Assembly (NCBI RefSeq): GCF_009914755.1
Contig: NC_060932.1
Length of the DNA stretch: 64,000 nucleotides
Origin: the human T2T-CHM13v2.0 reference genome, Homo sapiens
Reading direction: 5' to 3' (one strand)
Shown here: in pieces, positions 57,714-64,000 of the stretch
How the letters are laid out: each line of letters starts with the position of its first letter
Position numbering within the stretch: the stretch's first letter is position 1
Made by a program: the position numbers and the translations under genes
The notes under the pieces: model-generated
Database searches by the model: none
Told to the model about the DNA's origin: nothing
Seen by the model: the letters and a program-made list of their open reading frames with translations, nothing else

Positions 57714-58133
57714 TGGTATAGTTTGTATATTTTTCCCCACCCAAATCTCATGTTGAATTGTAATCTCCAATATTGGGGGTGGGGTCTGGTAGGAGGTGAC
57801 TGGATCATGGGGGTGGATTTCTCATGAATGGTTTAGCACCATTCCTTGGTGCTGTCCTCATGATAATGACTAAGATCTGGTCATTTTAAAGTGTGTGGTC
57901 TCTCTCTCTTTCTCTTGCTTGCTCGCTCCTGCTTTCACCATGTGATGTCCCCCACTACTCCTTTGCCTTCCGTCATGATTGAAAGCTCCCTGAGGCTTCA
58001 CCAGAAGCCTGGCAGATGCCAGCATCAGGCTTCTTGTAAAGCCTGTAGAACTGTGGGCCAGTTAAACCTCTTTTCTTGATAAATTACCCAGTCTCAGTTA
58101 TTTTTTACAGCAATGCAAGAATGGCCTAACACA
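57714..58133 (+). mobile_element. MSTA-like (ERVL-MaLR) solo LTR
   Basis: TG...CA ends, cccacccaaatctcatgttgaattgtaatc and aaattacccagtctcag motifs. 5-bp TSD ctgtg/atgtg. Confidence 0.9.
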
Positions 58134-59274
58134 ATGTGTAATCTTTGTTTCATACAGTTTACACTACAGCTTTGCCACCTAACTCTCCTATGTTAGTACA
58201 TAGAATTTCTGAACCTTCAATCCTGTTCAGAATGCCAGATTGTGAGAGAATCAGTTATGCTTCAACCTTGAAAGCATGGAGTTCTCTGCTTTCAGGGAAC
58301 TCCAGATGACTCAGGAACAGAAGTAAACCCTAGACAAATCTAAAGCCAAACATAGAATAAAGCTGAACAGCAGATCATAAATCCCATTCCTTGCTCCCTA
58401 GGAATACCTCTTCTTCTAACTCCAGCTTCAGATTTTTCCCCAGGTTTCACAATTGACCTTTGTCTTAGTGTCCATACTGGTTGGACATACCCCTCTGGCA
58501 TAGACATTCATGATAGGCATTGCCATTCTTCATGATATTTCATTCTTGGCTACTTCCTCTTTTTCTAGGATGCATGTTTTATCTCACTTCATGTTCAATT
58601 GCCTTGTGGTTGGCCTACTTCTTCTTTCTCTTCTTTCCTACTTTTGTGGTTGCTTTATAGTTGACTAATTACTAGTTCATCGGCTCTGCTTATTGCCTAA
58701 TACTATAAAAGTTCCCTTCCTGGAAGGGTTGGGGGTGGGAAAGTGGGGGTGGGTGGTAGTAAAATTAACTAAACTTTGTAGTGGGCTGGAGATAGGGCGT
58801 GAGTAAAGGAAAAGTTGTATTTTAGGACTGCTCAACTGCATGGATATTTATACTTTTTAAGACAAGCAACATTAACAAAGTCTGGATCTCAAAGTAGAGA
58901 TCTACACTGGAGATAATAATATCTCTGTGGGCATTTAATGCTCATGGTTACCTAGAAAATAAGTATAAAGTAGGAAATTTTGAGAGAGTATTCTTGTAAA
59001 GATTAAATGGTGACACCAATGTAAGGCTTGAATGTTCTAATAAGGGTGAAACTTGGTCTGGGAATGGCAGTTCTTACACCTTTTATAATTCTTAACTATT
59101 ATTTTTTAGATCTGGTCATTTAAATCTGAGGACCCAGATATGCTAGTCTTATAGAAAGCACAAATTTAAAATGGGTTCTTTGTCTTACATAGCTCTAAAG
59201 TTTAGGAAAAAAGTATCTTCAAGCAACCTTCATAGGAATTCTCCAAAATAAATGTGTTCCTGATTAATATGTGT

Positions 59275-59475
59275 TTTATTTTTTAAAATTTATTTTTAAT
59301 TAATTTTTAAATTGACAAAATTGTATGTATTTATGGTATACAACGTGATGTTTTGAAATATGCATACACTGTGGAATGGCTAAAGCAAGCTATTTAGCAT
59401 ACGTGTCATCATCTCACATACCATTTGTTTGTGGTGAGGACATTTAAAATCTACTCTCTTAGCAATTTTCCAATA
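59275..59475 (-). mobile_element. L1MA-like 3' end
   Basis: ttgtatgtatttatggtatacaacgtgatgttttgaaatatg..tgtggtgaggacatttaaaatctactctcttagcaatttt. Confidence 0.82.
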
Positions 59476-60044
59476 ATGTAATTATTTTAAATCAGTTGTT
59501 TAAATATTATGAAATTACTTTCAGCCCTTAGAGAATAGTCCATCTCACATGACACATAAAAATGGAAGGAGGTGTCTAGCTCAGGAGAAACTTTTTGGAA
59601 TATTTGATTCTCTTTCCCTCATTTTCTCTTCTTTTTTTGTTTTTTAAAAAATAATTTTTAAACCCTGTATTGACTCCTAGCTATTATTTTGAATATGAGT
59701 GCTAACAATTTGAGCCTTGTAGATAACTATCCCAATGCCAATTGAACCATAATTTTCATTTGTCTCTTTCTACAAGATTCTGAATTTTTTCAGAAGTGAA
59801 ATTAAGTCTCAATTCCCTATAATTTACCCAGGGCAATAAATCTTAAACATTTTTTCTTAAAAAAACAAAACAAAACATTTTTACTGGAAAGACTTTATGG
59901 GGTGGACTTTAACTCTGTAAATGCCATATAACTTTTGGAGAGGGCTGCCCCTGGCACAGTGTAATATTTATGAGAAAGTTGTGCCCATACTAACCACCTG
60001 TATGAGAATCGCCTGCGATGCTTTTGTTTAAAAGGCAGATTCTT

Positions 60045-60553
60045 TTTTCCCTATATTTTTCTCTTTTTAAAAAAATAATTTCGACTTATATTTTATATTT
60101 ATATTTATATTATTTTAAAAAATAATTTCAACTTATATTTTATATTCAACCTACGTATGCAAGTTTGTCATATGAGTGATATTGCGTGGTGCTGAGGTTT
60201 AGGGTACGAATGATCCCATCACCCAGATACTGAGCATAGTACCCAATAGTTGGTTTTTCAACTCCTGTTCCCTCCTTCCCTCCCTGCTCTAGTAGTCCCC
60301 AGTGTCTGTTTTTGCCATCTTTATGTCTATGAGTATTTGATGTTTAGCTCCTACTTATAAGTGAGAGCATGGAGTATTTGGTTTTCTGTTCCTGCATTAA
60401 TTTGCTTAGGATAATGGCCTCCAGCTGCATCCCTGTTGCTACACAGGATGCAGTTTCATTCCTTTTTATGGCTACATGATATTCCACAGTGTGTATATAC
60501 TACATTTCCTCAATGCAGTCCACCACTGATGGGCACCTAGGTTGATTCCATGT
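60045..60553 (-). mobile_element. Old L1PA/L1PB 3' end, apparently inside a MER5-like element
   Basis: gatcccatcacccagatactgagcatagtaccc, gcttaggataatggcctccagctgcatcc and gggcacctaggttgattccatg. MER5-like pieces at 59990-60042 and 60560-60605. Confidence 0.85.
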
Positions 60554-61287
60554 AAAAGAGCATATTGTTAGGCTTTTCTCTGAATTACTGAATCAGAGTC
60601 TTTCAATGGGTTCCATGAATATTTCATATTCATTTTAGTAAACTTGCTCAAGTGACTTATGTATACAGTTATAGGTTTGGGAACCTCTGGCCTGGGGAAG
60701 TTGTCTGCAACACCACTGACAGGTCCCTGTCCTGCCACAGACATTTCTGCTGTAACTCCATGCTTGCATTTTTTGGGAAAAACAAAGCAAGACAAAACAA
60801 AACTCATTTTGCAAAATGACACACAAAATAAAGAGGCTTCTGGAAAAAGTAGGGCTAGGTGAAGAGAATTCAAAACTTACGAAACTATAAACTGAACACC
60901 AACAAGAATAACAATGAACCTAATAAAAAACTAGCATAGTTATGGCTCTAACAACATTTATTCTCAACAACTTAGTTAAATCGTTGTACCCTTAAACCTT
61001 AACACTTTTTTTTTTGTTTTTCGAGACCTTGGTTCTTGAGGACATTTTCTTCTAGCAGAAATCAGTATTAACTTCTTTATCCATCTCTCTCTTTTTTTTA
61101 AACTGTTATGTACCATCATTATAGCACTTCTTACAAAAATGAGGAGCTGTCTTTGTAACTTCATCTGTGCCATCAGCTTTTCCAGATAGTTTAACATAAA
61201 AGGAAGATGAAGTGGTTCTGGAAGCAAGAAAACCAGCCACCACTTGCAGTAAGGAAGGCAGGTCTATGGGCCTATTAGCTCATGGAG

Positions 61288-61596
61288 GTTTTTGTTTGCT
61301 TGTTTGTTTGTTTTTGAGATGGAGTCTCACACAGTCGCCTGGTCTGGAGTGCAGTGGCTCCATCTGAGCTCACGGCAACCTCTCCCTCCCAGGTTCAAGC
61401 GATTCTCTAGCCTCAGCCTCCTGAGTAGCTGGGATTACAGGCACCTGCCACCACGCCCGGCTAATTTTTTGTATTTTTAGTAGAGACAAGATTTCAGTAT
61501 GTTGGCCAGGCTGGTCTGGAATGCCTGACCTCGTGATCCACCCGCCTCAGCCTTCCAAAGTGCTGAGATCACAGGCATGAGCCACCGTGCCCGGCC
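61288..61596 (-). mobile_element. Alu (AluS-like)
   Basis: Antisense dimer with a (TTTG)n tail. Confidence 0.93.
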
Positions 61597-62639
61597 AGAT
61601 CTTTTTAAATAAGATCTTCATGTGTTATAATACTAAGGTTGTCTCTTTAATCACAAAAAGCCAGTCCTTTATTGCTTCAAATTGTTCATGTGCTGATATC
61701 ATATGTCTATTGAGGTCTGACTTACTACATTAACACACGCTGGCAGAACCACTGCAGACATTCTCTGTCCTCCTTTTTTTTTTTGTCACTAACATGATAA
61801 AATTCTTAAGGGTTTGAATTCTCAGAGGTACTGTCTGATGGTTAAATCACAGAGGTCCACTGCATTGCTGATAGATTTTTTTTTTCACCACAGTGCTGAC
61901 AATACAATTGTTCAGGAATGGCCTTCATGACCATAAGGTTGGTTTGACCTAGGTTCTTAATTGTGATGTCTCTATAGCTTTTAACTTATTTCAGGATGAT
62001 TTCCCCCATTGCAAATAGATAATTGTTCAATAGATTTGCTGCAGACTTTTGGACCTGATCTATAATTTTCCCTTGGGATATGTAAGATATTTGAGGTACA
62101 CCAAAGTAATGCAAGAAATATCTTTCTTTAGAGCTAGAGTTTAGACAGGAAGTATGTCATAGAACTATGGTGTGTCCTTCCCAAGTGAGGGATTTCATTA
62201 GACCTTGACTTAGAATTGAATGTAATGTTAATCTGTAAAGGCTTGTTGTGAGGGTTTTGCTTAAATTTTTAGGTTTATTAAATTTTTAGGTTTATTAAAA
62301 TTCCTAAATGATGATATTTTTATCAGCAAAGACAAAAATACTGCTACTTAAGTAGTAGTCACTAGAAAAATAATTTATTTTGTTTTGTTACCTTAACTGT
62401 CAGATTTAAGCACATTCCTACCAATATTTGGGTTTGGGCTCTGAAACCCAAAACTTTTGAAAGCCTTGGAAAATTTTGTAGAAGTTCTTTCTTCTGTCTT
62501 TTTTTTTTTTTTTTTTTTGTATACTATTGCCACTGGGATGCAAGCATTCATAAATTATGTTTAAATATAAAAATTAGGTCGGTAACTCTCTGCTCGTGGA
62601 TTCCTGAAACACAATGTACAAAAACCCAGAATAGATCTT

Positions 62640-62790
62640 CGTGGCTCACTTTAGAGCGTAACAGCACTGGGAGGTGATCTGACTTTTCATTTTACACGCA
62701 AGAAACTGAGGCTGGAGAGAAAGAAGGGTTGTCTGGGTCACAACTGTTGAGGTCAGCCTCTGGGATTGAACTTCATTTCCTGAATTCCTC
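62640..62790 (-). mobile_element. MIR
   Basis: cattttacacgcaagaaactgaggctggagag..ggtcacacaactgtt. Confidence 0.65.
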
Positions 62791-63017
62791 ATGGTTTTCC
62801 ACCTCCATTCCTCAGCTTCTGTGATCCCTTTGGTATGGGGCTGTTTCTTGAACCTTGAATAGGAGGGTATGGAGGTGAAGTGACATGTGAGCTAATTCTT
62901 TTACCTCACTCTGGTTTATCTATTTTTATGTACTAAGGTCCTGTGTATTAATTAATGAGATGAGTTCCACAGTTGCTAATATTAGAAAATCAACACAATT
63001 GATTTCTCCTTGGGAAC

Positions 63018-63629
63018 TGTATTAGTTTTCTATTGCTCCTGTAACAAATTACCACAAACTTTGAGGCTTAAAGCAACATGAGTTCATGAATTTATTATCT
63101 TAGAGTTTTAAATGTTAGAATTCTGTGAGGAGTGTCACTGGGCTAAAATTGAAGTGTTGGCAGGGCTGCAGGAGGCTCTAGGAGAGAAATCATTTTCTTG
63201 CCTTTTTCGGCTTCTAGAGGGGCTTCCCTTCCTCTTACTTCCAAGCCAACAACATGACATCTCTGAGTATTCCTCTTTAACTGCACCAAGGGAAGATAAT
63301 CTCCTTTTAAAGATTCACACCGTTAGATTGGGTGAACCTGGATAATATAGTCAGCCCTTCCTATGCATGAGTTTTGTAGCTGCTGATAAGGAGGTCATCT
63401 GTAAGCAACTTGAACATCTATGGATTTTGGTATCTGCAGGGGATCCTGGAGCCAATCCCCCACAGTTAGTGAGGAATGACCATATAGCATAATTTCCCCA
63501 TGTTAGTATCCTTAATCTCAAGGTCTCAATCATATCTGTGAAGTCCCTTTTGCTGTGTAAGGTAACATATTCACAGGTTCTGGGGATCAGGATTTAGGAT
63601 CTTTGGGAGCCATTATTCTGCCTGCTACA
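63018..63629 (-). mobile_element. MLT1 solo LTR containing a MER2-like Tigger fragment (about 63348-63485)
   Basis: tgtattagttttctattgctcctgtaacaaattaccacaaac ... ggagccattattctgcctgctaca. The insert carries ggattttggtatctgcaggggatcctggagccaatcccc. Confidence 0.8.
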
Positions 63630-63761
63630 GGAATGAATTTGTTTCCACTTGTCTCAACTCTAAGTGGGCAGTTATTTAAAAACTTTGTATTAATTTAGAG
63701 AGCTTCATAAAATGCTAAAATTTTCTGAGAACCTAAGTGATAATATAAGAAGAATAGCTAC

Positions 63762-63990
63762 CAACATTTGTTGAGTACTTGCAATGTGACACACACTGAC
63801 TGCTATGTGCTTTAATTGCAATATCTTATCTAATCATTTTAGTAGCCTTATGAGATAAGTTCTATTTCATTTACATTTTAGAAAATGTAAAATGAGGCTT
63901 AGAGAATTTAAATAATTTGTCCAAGGTCAAACAACTAGCATATGGGAGACTAAGACTTGAAATTGGGTTTGTCTGACCCAGGCTTTTAAT
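63762..63990 (-). mobile_element. MIR
   Basis: aacatttgttgagtactt..tgaggcttagagaatttaaataatttgtccaaggtca..gtctgaccc. Confidence 0.75.
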
Positions 63991-64000
63991 CAGCATATTG

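Overview
This is primate (almost certainly human) genomic DNA from the neuregulin-1 (NRG1) locus. The only protein-coding sequence I can support is the type I (heregulin/NDF) first coding exon at 32036-32135 (+). It encodes MSERKEGRGKGKGKKKERGSGKKPESAAGSQSP followed by a phase-1 GT donor, and lies in a CpG-island promoter at about 31050-32760. The rest is AT-rich intronic or upstream DNA with about 23 Alus, L1/L2/MIR relics, MaLR LTRs (MLT1, MSTA), Tigger/MER44/MER2 and hAT (Charlie1, MER5, MER30, MER53, MER58) fossils, and microsatellites. Repeat families were recognised by eye, so subfamily names and many boundaries are approximate. Nearly all ORFs in the supplied track are Alu/L1 read-throughs, chance ORFs or GC-rich artefacts. 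I found no new protein-coding system. The most notable unexplained structures are: (1) a complex templated rearrangement at 55.9-57.7 kb, where a duplicated segment sits between ~60-bp inverted arms later split by an L1; (2) the NRG1 5' leader, with a strong-Kozak 3-codon uORF whose stop overlaps a GTG in frame with a 147-codon stop-free extension; (3) a triple target-site duplication from an Alu inserting into another Alu's TSD; (4) compact candidate regulatory clusters in the first intron.
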